A DNA stretch of 64,000 nt from Candidatus Omnitrophota bacterium (GCA_043814605.1 JBDRJV010000016.1:16218-80217); one strand, 5' to 3'. Positions 40,589 to 52,000 are shown, numbered from the stretch's first letter. A program made the numbers and translations. Notes: generated by a model not told the origin, from the letters alone.

Positions 40589-42034
40589 ATGGCTGTTAAA
40601 ATAAACAATTCATTAAATAATAAAAAGGAAGAGTTTAAACCTATAAATTCAAACAAAGTTAAAATGTATGACTGCGGGGTTACGGTGTATGATCACTGTC
40701 ATATTGGCCATGCGCGGAGCTTATATATTTTTGAGATAATTAGAAGATATCTCAAATATAAAGGGTTTGATGTTGAGTTTGTGAGAAATATCACGGATGT
40801 TGATGATAAAATTATTAATAAAGCACGCGAATGGGCTAAGGAACAGAATATTTCCTTAAAAGAAGCTTTTGATTCTGTGCGCAATTTTTATATTGATGAT
40901 TATTACCAGGATTTAGCAGGGATGAGAATTCCTCCGGCAGATATTGAGCCTAAGGCTACGGAAAATATTAATGAGATTATAAAATACATATCCGATTTAA
41001 GGGAAAAGGGATTTGCTTATGAGAAAGAGGGTAATGTTTATTTTTCTCCTAAAAAAGTGCCTGGTTACGGAGAGCTTTCCGGTAATTCTTTGGAAGAAGT
41101 TTTAGAAAGCGTCCGGATTGATTCTGATCCTTTTAAACAGGATCCGGTTGATTTTGCGCTTTGGAAAACAGCCAAACGTGATGAACCTTGCTGGGAAAGC
41201 CCCTGGGGCAAGGGAAGGCCGGGTTGGCATATTGAATGCTCAGTAATGAGCCAAAAATATCTTAAAACTGATACATTAGATATTCATGGCGGCGGCAGGG
41301 ATTTAATTTTTCCGCATCATGAGAATGAACGGGCCCAGTCGGAAGCGCTGACGGGAAAACCGTTTGCCAATTATTGGATACATCACGGATTATTAACGAT
41401 TAACGGGCAGAAAATGTCCAAATCTTTAGGTAATTTTGTGACGATTAAAGGTTTTTTAAACAATTATAGGGATCCGGATTTACTAAAATTATTTTTTCTC
41501 TCTGCGCATTATGCTCATTCTATTGATTTTAGCGAGTCAAAGATAGAAACAGTAAAAAAACAGAAGAAAAGTTTTTATGATTTTTTTGACCGTGTGGATA
41601 ATCGTTACTATCTAGAATCAAAGAAGATACAAGCAGAAAATTTTAAAAAAGATAAAAGTAAAATAGATACTTTATGTGATAAATTTGAGCAGGCAATGGA
41701 TGATGATTTTAATACTGCCCGCGCACTCGGCTGCTTATTTGAATTAGTTGATTTAGGTTCTAAATTTACATCCAGTGATAAAACAGAGGCTTCTAATTAT
41801 GTTAATGAAAAACTGAGTATATTTTTTGATATTCTCTGTCTAAAAAGGAAAGTAAAACAACAAATATCTCAGGAAATTGTTTCTTTAATCAACCAAAGAA
41901 ATGAAGCTAGGGTTCAGAAGGATTTTAAAAAAGCGGATAAAATTAGGGCAGAAATTGAAATGAATAGTGCCTATTTTCTCTCTGATAGTGCTAATGCGGT
42001 TAGTTTAATATCTAAAGAATTAAGCTTAGATTAG
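40589..42034 (+). CDS. cysS: cysteinyl-tRNA synthetase
   Basis: HIGHAR and KMSKS class I motifs, zinc-binding Cys in CGVTVYDHCH context. Confidence 0.9.
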   Translation: MAVKINNSLNNKKEEFKPINSNKVKMYDCGVTVYDHCHIGHARSLYIFEIIRRYLKYKGFDVEFVRNITDVDDKIINKAREWAKEQNISLKEAFDSVRNFYIDDYYQDLAGMRIPPADIEPKATENINEIIKYISDLREKGFAYEKEGNVYFSPKKVPGYGELSGNSLEEVLESVRIDSDPFKQDPVDFALWKTAKRDEPCWESPWGKGRPGWHIECSVMSQKYLKTDTLDIHGGGRDLIFPHHENERAQSEALTGKPFANYWIHHGLLTINGQKMSKSLGNFVTIKGFLNNYRDPDLLKLFFLSAHYAHSIDFSESKIETVKKQKKSFYDFFDRVDNRYYLESKKIQAENFKKDKSKIDTLCDKFEQAMDDDFNTARALGCLFELVDLGSKFTSSDKTEASNYVNEKLSIFFDILCLKRKVKQQISQEIVSLINQRNEARVQKDFKKADKIRAEIEMNSAYFLSDSANAVSLISKELSLD

Positions 42035-42156
42035 CTTTTAATCCCTTTTTTGGAAATCTCCGGGCTTTAGCTCCCAGATGAACAGGGATTGTTTGGAGCG
42101 GAAACGAGTCCCGGCCTTTAGGCCGAGGGGTCTCTACGTTTACTTTTTTCATATTT

Positions 42157-42185
42157 CTTGACACTAAAAATTAAAAGTGTTATAC
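42157..42185 (+). promoter_or_regulatory. consensus sigma70 promoter TTGACA-17-TATACT upstream of ROK gene
   Basis: TTGACA at 42157-42162, 17-nt spacer, TATACT at 42180-42185. Confidence 0.55.
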
Positions 42186-42326
42186 TTTTTTTGTAAATTA
42201 GAAATGCTTTAAATAGATATTTTTAAAAAGGCTTTAATTGCTGTATTTAGCGCAGTTAAAAATAAAAAATATCTTTAAAAAGAGTTTGCATATAATTTAA
42301 TTTATAATACAAAGTAAGGAGGAAAC

Positions 42327-43538
42327 ATGAAAGGGGCTTTATTTAAAGATCAGATTTTATCAGATAGAGAGCGAAAAAATCTGGATATTTTAGAGGTTAT
42401 CAGGAGATATGGGCCAGTAACCAGAACGGAAATCTCAAGAATCACCAAATATAATATTGTTACTGTATCCAATTATGTAAATAATTATGTTAAAAAAGAC
42501 CTGGTTGTGGAAAAAGGTTTGGATATTTCCAGCGGCGGCAGAAAACCAACGCTGGTAGAATTAAATTCCCGTAATTGTTTTGTGATTGGGATTGATATTG
42601 GGCCGGATCATATTATCGCGGCATTAACTGATCTTTCTTTAAATTTGATTACCAAAGTTAAAAAACCGCGTCCTAAAGAGTCGATGGAAGATGTAATCAG
42701 TAAATCCATAGAATTGATTTATGAGGTTATTGAAAAATCTGAAATTGAAGCAAAGAAAATTAAAGGTTTAGGTATTGGTATATCCGGGATTATTGATTCT
42801 CGTGCCGGTACAGTTAGAGATACAGATCCGCTGAGAGGAAAAACTGCAGCGAGTTATATCTCTATAAAAAATCTTATCGAACGTGAATTCGGCATTCCAA
42901 CATTTGTAGGTAATGATGCCACAGTTGCGGCTTTTGGCGAGAAAAGAATCGGGCTGGATGCAGAGATTGAAAATGTATTATACATGTTTTCTGATGTCGG
43001 GTGCGGCATAATTATTAAAGGTGAAATCTATGCCGGAGCTGGCGGCAGTGCCGGTGAGGTTCAGCTTAATGTTAGCCGGGAAGAGGATGAATTAACTAAA
43101 GAACTGGGCCTTTTTCGTCCGGGAAGTGTAAATTTAGGCATTGTTGATTCAGCTAAAACAGCTTTAAAGGGAAACAAAAGCAATAAAATTAAAGAATTGT
43201 GTGATAATAATCCGGATAATATTACCGCGGAAACAGTAATTGAAGCAGCACGGCAGAATGATGTTGTGGCTACTGAACTTCTAGAAAAAGCCGGGCTTAA
43301 TCTGGGGGTTAGGATTGCTTATTTAATTAATTTGTTTAACCCGGAAATTGTTATTTTAGGCGGCGGAATGGAGCGAGCCGGGGATTTGATTATTGAGCCG
43401 ATTAAGAGAATGGTACGGCGTTTGGCTTTTGAGGAGCCGGCAAGTATGGTGCGGATTATTCCTTCTCGATTAGGTGAAAATGCAGTTTCATTAGGTTCAG
43501 CAAGTTTAGTAATTAGAGAAATATTTATTCATGCTTAA
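42327..43538 (+). CDS. ROK family transcriptional regulator/sugar kinase
   Basis: N-terminal winged HTH (ILEVIRRYGPVTRTEISRITKYNIVTVSNYV) and a ROK sugar-kinase fold with glycine-rich ATP motifs. Confidence 0.75.
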   Translation: MKGALFKDQILSDRERKNLDILEVIRRYGPVTRTEISRITKYNIVTVSNYVNNYVKKDLVVEKGLDISSGGRKPTLVELNSRNCFVIGIDIGPDHIIAALTDLSLNLITKVKKPRPKESMEDVISKSIELIYEVIEKSEIEAKKIKGLGIGISGIIDSRAGTVRDTDPLRGKTAASYISIKNLIEREFGIPTFVGNDATVAAFGEKRIGLDAEIENVLYMFSDVGCGIIIKGEIYAGAGGSAGEVQLNVSREEDELTKELGLFRPGSVNLGIVDSAKTALKGNKSNKIKELCDNNPDNITAETVIEAARQNDVVATELLEKAGLNLGVRIAYLINLFNPEIVILGGGMERAGDLIIEPIKRMVRRLAFEEPASMVRIIPSRLGENAVSLGSASLVIREIFIHA

Positions 43539-43693
43539 AGATACTAAATTAGCCTATAGGATAATTTAAATAAATTTAGTTGTAATGAAAAAAAATGATT
43601 AATTAAATTGCCCGCCAAGTGTTTTCGGAGAAGCATGTTGTGGCGAGGCATAATTATCCCGCTTAAGCGGGAGAATTATGGAGATAATATATT

Positions 43694-43969
43694 ATGGATA
43701 AAGGTATTAAGTTTCTTGAGTTAGCGTCAAAGATTTTTAAAGTTTTAGCCTGGATTTCTGCAGTGTTTTTTGTGATAATATTTTTTATTGTGCTATTCGG
43801 AGCTGGGGGTGCAGATACGCCGCGGGTTGCCAGTATTATTTTCTTACTCGGTGGAGGTATTTATTTCCTGATTTTATTTAGTGCTGCTGAGATTATAACT
43901 CTCTTATTATCATTATCCTCTAAAGTTGATAAACTAACTAATCTTTTACAGGGAAAATCAGGCAGTTAA
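43694..43969 (+). CDS. small hypothetical membrane protein (two TM helices)
   Basis: 91-aa ORF with two hydrophobic helices; no motifs. Confidence 0.35.
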   Translation: MDKGIKFLELASKIFKVLAWISAVFFVIIFFIVLFGAGGADTPRVASIIFLLGGGIYFLILFSAAEIITLLLSLSSKVDKLTNLLQGKSGS

Positions 43970-44020
43970 ATTGTTAAAAGTCACATAAAATCATTCCTAA
44001 AAACCTGCTTTTTGCTTTCC

Positions 44021-44049
44021 TTGACAACCACAACTTAATGTGATATACT
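44021..44049 (+). promoter_or_regulatory. consensus sigma70 promoter TTGACA-17-TATACT driving the giant-gene operon
   Basis: TTGACA at 44021-44026, 17-nt spacer, TATACT at 44044-44049; predicted TSS near 44056, about 360 nt upstream of the first CDS. Confidence 0.6.
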
Positions 44050-44055
44050 TTTATC

Positions 44056-44417
44056 ACAAGATAAGAAAACAATTTATAAAGGTTTTCTAAGTATTTTTGT
44101 AAGTATCCGAAAATTCGCTAGTTAAGCGAAGCCATTACTAGGGGTGATGGAGGCAAACCCTGAGAAATCAGGGGGCCCATGTATTATGTAACATACATGG
44201 ACCTGAGCACTTATGTGTTCAGGGGCAAAGCTACGGGTCTAAAGCTGTTAGCTAAAATATGCTAAGATCGCCGGGCGCACCGATAACGCGATAAAAGTTA
44301 AGCTAAGATTGCCGAGTTGCCGAAGATAAAGGATAGTTGCTTGTGAATTCTATTTACAAATGACTTTCTAAATTTGGTGGGTCGGCTAATTTATTTTAGA
44401 TAATAAGGTGGTAAAAG
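44056..44417 (+). ncRNA. long GC-rich structured 5' leader (candidate riboswitch or cis-regulatory RNA)
   Basis: Several perfect hairpins: CGCTAGTTAAGCG, CCCUGA-GAAA-UCAGGG, CCAUGUAU...AUACAUGG, CCUGAGCAC-UUAU-GUGUUCAGG. GGCAAACC and GGGGCAAAGC motifs. Local GC content is far above the genome background. Confidence 0.35.
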
Positions 44418-44912
44418 ATGAAGAAAAATTACTTGTGGATACAGATTATCGCAGTGATTATAATTCAGGCCATGTTCCTGACACAGGCAGATTTTTCTCT
44501 TGCAGCATCCTATCACTCTCAAGAAACCTATCAGCAGGCAGCTTTAAAATTCCAGAAAATAGCAGATAAAAAAACAAGCCTGATCATTGGTGCAGCGTGT
44601 GTGCAAGCTACGCTTAATTCTTTATGCTTGCCAAAACTTACATTTAGCCGGATTTTTAGTATCTTAAGCAATACGAGTTTATCATTCTCAGAATTCATAT
44701 CTAAAAAAGAAGTCCGCCTAGTTTCTAACAATATTTATAAAGATTTTATTCATCATGCGGAAAATATATTTGAAATAAAATTTAATTACAAGTTGAATGA
44801 AATCAATCAAGATTTACGGGCTGAGTTAAAAACAAAAACAGACAAAGAATCAACAGCACCGCCAGTACTCGTAAAAAATACTTTTGATTGTTTTAAACAA
44901 CCGAACTGTTAA
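44418..44912 (+). CDS. hypothetical secreted protein, first gene of the operon
   Basis: 164 aa with an N-terminal signal peptide (IIAVIIIQAMFLTQADFSLAAS). Confidence 0.45.
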   Translation: MKKNYLWIQIIAVIIIQAMFLTQADFSLAASYHSQETYQQAALKFQKIADKKTSLIIGAACVQATLNSLCLPKLTFSRIFSILSNTSLSFSEFISKKEVRLVSNNIYKDFIHHAENIFEIKFNYKLNEINQDLRAELKTKTDKESTAPPVLVKNTFDCFKQPNC

Positions 44913-44931
44913 ATTGACAGTTCGGTTTTTT
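44901..44931 (+). terminator. hairpin plus T-run (partial terminator or attenuator) overlapping the stop codon of the 44418 CDS
   Basis: CCGAACTGT-TAAATTG-ACAGTTCGG followed by TTTTTT. Confidence 0.5.
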
Positions 44932-44944
44932 ATTAACACATTTT

Positions 44945-45313
44945 TTGCAGTCTAATAAAAGGATGGTGGTTCGGATGGAAGAAAGAAGAAGATATAAAAG
45001 AGAAAATAAGGAATTTTCCCTGCAGCTAAATGAGTTAAACAAAACAGACCATATAGCCATAAAGAATTCTTTTTGCCGGGATATTAGTTGTGTGGGTTTA
45101 TCAATATTTTCTTTTGATTTTTATCCGGTTAACCAGAAAGTGCATTTGAAATTATATTCAAGTACTTGGAATGAATTATTAGATACAGTAGGGAAAATTA
45201 TTTGGGTGAGGCAGCTGCCTTATCAAAATAAATATAGAATTGGTATAGAATTCACAAATACAAGCCAGGATGCAATGAAAAAAATTAAAACGATTGTTGA
45301 ATCCGGAAAATAA
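44945..45313 (+). CDS. PilZ domain protein (putative c-di-GMP receptor)
   Basis: RxxxR motif (RRRYKR) near the N-terminus and D-x-S-x-x-G motif (DISCVGLSI) about 30 residues later; 122 aa. Confidence 0.6.
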   Translation: MQSNKRMVVRMEERRRYKRENKEFSLQLNELNKTDHIAIKNSFCRDISCVGLSIFSFDFYPVNQKVHLKLYSSTWNELLDTVGKIIWVRQLPYQNKYRIGIEFTNTSQDAMKKIKTIVESGK

Positions 45314-45339
45314 GAATTAAAAACCGAAAGGAAAAGATA

Positions 45340-46062
45340 ATGAAAAACAGAAAATTTATTAAAAGTTTGATCAAAAAAACAGGATGTGTTTTATTACTGC
45401 TTGGGGTTATCGCATTTTCCTCTTTAAGTTATGGCCAGATGGATGAGGTAAGCCAGCTTAGCGAAAATAACCACAAAGCCGAATTAGCCAATGAAGATAC
45501 TGGACAGGTAAAAAATATACCTTTTACCAATTATACCGGCGATGACCTGCCTTTAATGGGGGATGCGCGTGTTTCCAGTATTAAGGAAACTGTTACTGGC
45601 TTAAAAGATGCAGGGTATAGTTTAGATGAAATTGTTGGCGTATTAAAAAATGATGATAAAAATGCGCCGGAAATCAGTATCGCTTGTTTAAATGCCGGAT
45701 TTAACGGAACAAAAATTTTTCAGGCATTAAAAAAATCCGGATTTTCAGATCGCAGTACCGAAGCGGCAATTCCGCCGGCCCTGCGTACAAGCAGCCAGAT
45801 GTTCGTAACTTTAAATAGTAATCCAGATTCTGTGGCTGCAGAAATGGCAATGATCGAAGCAAATCCGTTTACATCTAGAGGCGTTAAAGATGCGGCAATA
45901 CAAAAAATTATGCAAGGTGAGCCAGAGATTCAAGACGATAAAACAACAAACACTTCCGGAATTAATCCTTATGAAGTAAAGGTTAATGTGGGAGTGACTT
46001 TTAATGGTTTAGGTGATTGGAATAATTTTCAAAATCAAAGGTTTGAAAACAATAAACAATAA
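45340..46062 (+). CDS. hypothetical secreted protein
   Basis: 240 aa with a signal peptide (VLLLLGVIAFSSLSYGQ); no catalytic motifs. Confidence 0.45.
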   Translation: MKNRKFIKSLIKKTGCVLLLLGVIAFSSLSYGQMDEVSQLSENNHKAELANEDTGQVKNIPFTNYTGDDLPLMGDARVSSIKETVTGLKDAGYSLDEIVGVLKNDDKNAPEISIACLNAGFNGTKIFQALKKSGFSDRSTEAAIPPALRTSSQMFVTLNSNPDSVAAEMAMIEANPFTSRGVKDAAIQKIMQGEPEIQDDKTTNTSGINPYEVKVNVGVTFNGLGDWNNFQNQRFENNKQ

Positions 46063-46076
46063 TTTAGGGGGTAAAT

Positions 46077-49000
46077 ATGAGCAGCCTAACTGGAAAACTG
46101 TGGTTTAAAATAACCGCGTTTATTGTCTTGGAAACGTTTTTGTTTACGATTGCGGATATATCCTGGGCCGCAGATTATCGTGACCAGAAAACGCAAGCGG
46201 AAAGATTAATGGATTTACAGCCGTTAAAAGATACCCGGGAAAACCTGTCCCAGGATGCCTTAGGCGATAAAATAGTGCTAACCCAGCCGGCAGTGCCGTT
46301 TTTAGGCATAGAACATCCGCAAGGCATGCTGACACAGAAGCCCATGTCCTTAACCGAAACAACTATTTACGGGTTAACAATAGCGGGTAATGATTTAACC
46401 ACAATATTTAAGTCCTTGAAAAATTCCGGCTCATCCGTAACAGATGCTGGCTTTAGTGCAGTCCGCCAGGGATTTAACAAAAAGGAAATTTATCATGCAT
46501 TGCTTAAGGCCGGATATGACGAGAAAGAAGTGAAAACCCTTTTAGGCAGTTTATTAAAAGCCGAAGAAGAAAAGAAAAAGCAAGCCGAAGAAAACCAGGA
46601 AAAAAAGACCTCTCCTCCGGAAGAAAAAGAACAAGTCCAGGGACAAACTCCGCTTGTTAAAGAACAAGCAATATTTGAAATTCCCAAAGTTGCCACTTTA
46701 CCGGTTAAAGAAAAAGCTGTGGAAATTATCAACGACTCCCAGAAACAATTTGCATTACACAGGCAAACAGTGGAATTTGTCCGGCTGATGATTAAAGAAG
46801 GTAAACGCGGTAAGGAACTGATTAATATCCTTAAAAAAGCCGGATTAAGTAATGAAAGAATTATTACTACATTAGCCCAGTTAGGGTTTAGCCTGCAAAA
46901 TATTATCAGTATTTTAAAACAAGCAGATTTAAACTGTGAGGATATTGTAAAAGCAGTACAGAGTTCGCAGTTAACCTATTCTAATAAAGATATTTATACT
47001 GCCTTAATTCAATCCGGTTATTCGGATAAAGATATAATCAGTGCGTTTAAAGATGCCGGAATGAGCGCAGAAGATATCTTAAAGTTAACTACAGACTTAG
47101 GCCGCAATATGATTATTATCGCCCAGGCAATGCTTAATGCTGGTTTTAGCATGGCGGATGTAGCCCGAGCATATGTTTTAAAGGCAATGCAATGGTCTTA
47201 TGATCTAAGTGTGAATATCGTTAACTGTGCAGTGGAATCATTCAGTGCATTCTTGAATAATATCGGGCGAAAATTTTCCTCAAAAGAAGACCTAGCTTAT
47301 GAACTTATTCTGGATGATATTTTGGCTACCGGAGAGGTGGATTTACAGGGTAAGAACATCATGACTTCTATGCTGGCGATAAAAAATATAGCCACTAAAT
47401 ACGGGATTGATTTACAAGGATATAAGTTAACTATAGATAGTTTACAAGAACTAAGTGGTATGTCCATCCTGCACCTTGATGCAGACCACTGGGTTAGCTT
47501 AGTCGGTATTGAAGGGGATAAAGCCACGATTATTGATAACGGAACACGTAAAACAATTACTCTATCTGAACTTCAGGTGCGTTGGGACGGAAATATTTTA
47601 GCTCTCAATAAAGATAAGATTAAGGAGCATAAACTTTATGATTTGCAAATGCGCCAGATTCGCGGGGCAAGCTGGCTTTCTGATGCTTGGGAAGATGCGA
47701 CAAATTGGGTAAAAGATGCAGTGGAGGGTGTGGGAGATTTTTTTGTTGATGTATATAACGGGGTTAATGATTTTGTGCAAGGTGTTAACAATTTAATCGT
47801 GAGTTTTTATTATACTGCTTGTGGCAATCAGCAAAAAGCAGATTATTACTGGAATAAAGGAATGCAGCTTATTGATCAAGTTGTCTTGAAGATAATTAAG
47901 GCAATCCCAAATAACGGTATTCAACATGTTCTTGAATCTGTTTGGTCTGGTATAAGGATGTATGTACAAGGAGTGGGTAATGTTATTAAAGGGTCAATAA
48001 TGATGCTCCGGGGTGATTTTAAAGAAGGATTCTATCTTATGACTGCAGGCTTTACGCAGATGGCCGTTTCGGGTTTGGTTGCTTTATACAAGGTTTGCGG
48101 AGAAGATGGAGGCAGATTCATAGGACGATTTATTCAATGGGTAGTACGGATTGTTGCGGCTATCTTAACCTTTATTTTTACCAAAATTCTTGGTTGGACT
48201 GTAGTTGGCATGATTGTTGGAATGATCATTGCATTTATAGCAACAATGATTATTTGTATGGTTGATTATGATTTTGTTCAGTATGTTTCCACTGCTGATG
48301 CGGCGGGGATTAGTAAAGTTATGGGGAAAGTATTGGCTGCGGCTTGTATTTCAGCAGCAGTTGCAGCAGTAGGTTTTTTTGTTGGATATGCGCTTGATGG
48401 CCTCTTTAGCAGTACAGGAAGCGAATTAGCAACCACAACAAACACAGGAACCACAACAACAGCAAGTTCAGTCACAAGCCAAGTAGGAACAGGACTATCT
48501 ATAGGAACAACCAGTATGGTATCAACTACAGCACAGGCTTTTAGTACTATAGCAACTAACTTAGCTACAATAGGAACTAGTTTAGCGACTGCAGCATATA
48601 ATTTAGGAGTTTCTTTATATCTGGCGGTAATTAGTTTTAGTATCACTAATATAATCGGATCTTTACTTATGTTTGTCGATGCATTTATAGAGTTCGTTAT
48701 TGCTGTCAAGGACTCATTCAAAGGATTTTTTTCAGAATTTTCGAAAAATGTTAGTGCTGACATATCGCAAAATTGTGCAAATTCCGGAGTTACTGTCAAT
48801 CAAGAGGTACTAAAGGAAGCACTGGACAGTGGATTAAAAAATATGCTGGTTCAGCAGGCTGTTATGACCGGTGTTGTTTATGGCTGTGAGGCCGCAGGAA
48901 TTGATGATCCTTATCTTAAAGCTGTAATTGTTGGCGTTGCTGGTGCATTAGCGGGTAGTTATGGTGGCCCAGGGGGTTGGGAGGAGACGTTTAAAGAAAT

Positions 49001-52000
49001 GGCTGTTGCTGCGGGCTCAATGGTGGCAGAAGAATCGATCAGGCAAATGGGGTACCACGAAAATTGGGATCCTTTACTTACAAATAGCCTAGCTTCAATA
49101 ACTGGGTTTACAGTCCAGGCAGGTTTTGGAGCAGCTTTAGGCGCGGATTATTCAATACAAGATGATCCTGATACCAAAAAAATAGAAACTGCATATAACA
49201 ATACAAATCCTTTTTTCACAAGGTTGGGACATAATTTAAGAGCAGGATTAGGAAATGTGGTGGGAGATATTGCTTCGGATTATGTAGCTAGAATTTGTCA
49301 GGAAAATGAAGTAGACCCAACAATTACTGCAGTACTTAGTTCATGGGCTGGAACATTTACGACATCTTCTGTAGATTATATGACCGGTCAGACAGATTTG
49401 GGTTATTTAAATACTTTGGGAAAAGCAGCGGAACAAGGTACTTACGATGCTGTTTCAATTGTTACTTTTATGGAAACTAAAAAGTTATTAATGAACGAGC
49501 TTGATTTTACAGAAACCCAGGCTACAGGCATGGCCTATGGCATGACTTTACCCATGAGATTTATGTTTAGCCATAATAAAGTTGCAGAGGAAAATAAAGA
49601 TGGTTATATTGGCGGTGAATTTAAAGATGGGAAAGTATCATATGAAGGAATAACAATTAAGGATGAGTTTATTCGCGAGCAAGTAGGTGAGTTTTTTGAG
49701 AGCTTAGGGTATGGCAGCAAGCTTAGCGGTAATACATATGAACGGCATGATTATAATAGTAATTATAGTAATAAAGTATCATCTTTTGAATATATGTTAT
49801 TTGGCCAAGGCCTTACCCAGGATTTAGAGGGTAATTTTTATAGCAATGACGGCAGCATCAGTAATTACGGTACGCTAAATAAAAATAAGTTAGAGTATTT
49901 AAATTATTGGGCAGAAAAAAATCCCGAAATATTTGGCGAGAAATTTGATAGTAATACTGATGTAGAAAAAACAACGGATACCAATACTGATACTAAAGCT
50001 TCTAATTTAAGTTACGGCGATGCCTTGTTTACTACGGTTTCTGATGCACAGCTCAGTTATTATAATAAAAAAGGCATGACAAATATTAGTCAGGGACTCT
50101 CTGATGCGAGTGCTCACTACAAATATCAAAATAAAATAGACAGGTTAAATAAAATGGAGGGCGTTGACGTAAAGCTGGGAGAAGAATATGGGACTAAGAT
50201 TGTAGTAACTAATAATTCAGGGCAGGCAACAGAAGAATTATCATCAGAATTAAACAAAAATGTGGGAGAAGGAGACAGTGCTTTTTATGATTCTGCAGAC
50301 GCTTTTATCAATAATAATCCTTTGGTAATTACAAAGGCAGAAGGTACGAATTTTAGTACTGAATTAAGCAATGGAATGGAAGTTAAGTTTAATAGTTCTG
50401 ACAATGTATTTGAAGGACAAGGAGTTATAACAACACCAGTAAATTCGACTAACATAAATCAACTTTGCCCCAGTTTGAATGTTAATGCCAATTTACTAAA
50501 TGCTAACCAATATAATAATTATTCTTTAGTTGCGCAAGTAACTGTAGATTTGAAAAGCAAGACAATCATCCAAACAACCGATATGAAATTAACTGCAACT
50601 GCTACATCAACTAAAAACGTGATCCTGCCGGTCAATATCGGTAACCACACAGCTTATATTGGTGTTGAAACAAATGTAAATTTCAGTAATCAGGATTTAG
50701 TTTTAAAAAGTGATTCTCAGCTGAAAAATGATTATCAGCCTACAAATGATAATATTAAGGCAACAAATACCAGCGAAAAAGCAGCGGATGTTATTGTAAA
50801 ATACGACGCCGAAAATAAAGTTACGCTGAGTGTAAACAATATGGGACAAATAGGGATATCGAAAGAGACAATTAAAAATTTTAATGATTCAAAACAGTTA
50901 GTTAGTGATGTGATTGATTTACCGAATGGCTGCGATACAACCAAGACAGAGTTTGAACTTGTCTATAATACAACAGAAGGTTTGCAATTAACCGCAGTTG
51001 AAAATATTGCTGCGGGTAAAAAAATAAATTATGATGGCGAAGATGCATTCATAACCAGCAGCTCGGCACAGCTTATCTATAACGAGTCAGGAACAATAAC
51101 ATCGATTAAGGGGGAAGATACAAGGTCAAATCGATCAGGGAAAGATGTTACAGGGGTAGAAATTAAAACTTCCAAGGGTAATATTCTGCTGGAAAATAAA
51201 AACCAGATTTCTTTTGCCAATGAAAAAAGTGGTTTTCTTTCAGGTTTAAGTTCCTACTTTGGTATCGGCGGCGGAAATGAGTTTGTGATTGAAAACGGCA
51301 ATGTTTTGATGCTTACTAAGTACAACCTTGGCCAAAAAACAGAATATGAAATAATCCGCAATGGCCAAGAAGGCGGAACAAGCCAGGAAACAAGAGAATT
51401 AAACGAGATAATAATTGGCGAAGATAAAGCTTCGGGTAATTTGTTTATAGCCGAAGGGTGTGTTGTGAACATGGTAAAAAATGATGTTGCATTCACAAAT
51501 AATGATGTAATCCATAATCAGGCGGGAAGGGCTATTAATGTTGGCGGCTTGCAAATTAAACAGGGTGAAAATACTGCGATTCATAATAATCAAGCATTTA
51601 AGTGTATAGAAGTGACAAAACCTGTTGCTGAGGCTCGAGGGGATCTTAAATATCTGCTTGTAGTAAATAATTTAAAATCTAAGGAAAGTTATGATTTTCA
51701 AGTAGAAAATAATAATGTAAATTTACCTTTAGGTGATATTGATAGTAATGACATTTATTTAACTCAGAATGGTTCTCTGTCGTTTTTAACAGATAAAGCG
51801 TTTCAGGGTTCAGAAACAAAAAATCTTGATTTAAATGCAAAAACCACTACTTTTAATTTGAATCCTACAGAAATTAAAGGTCAGGTTGAAATAGATTTTA
51901 CACAAATCGGGCTAAAAGGCAAGACAGAAGGCAAAGGGTTACTTATTGGAGATAAATATGTAACCGGAGCAACCCAGCTAAGTGGAACAGGCAGCGGTAC

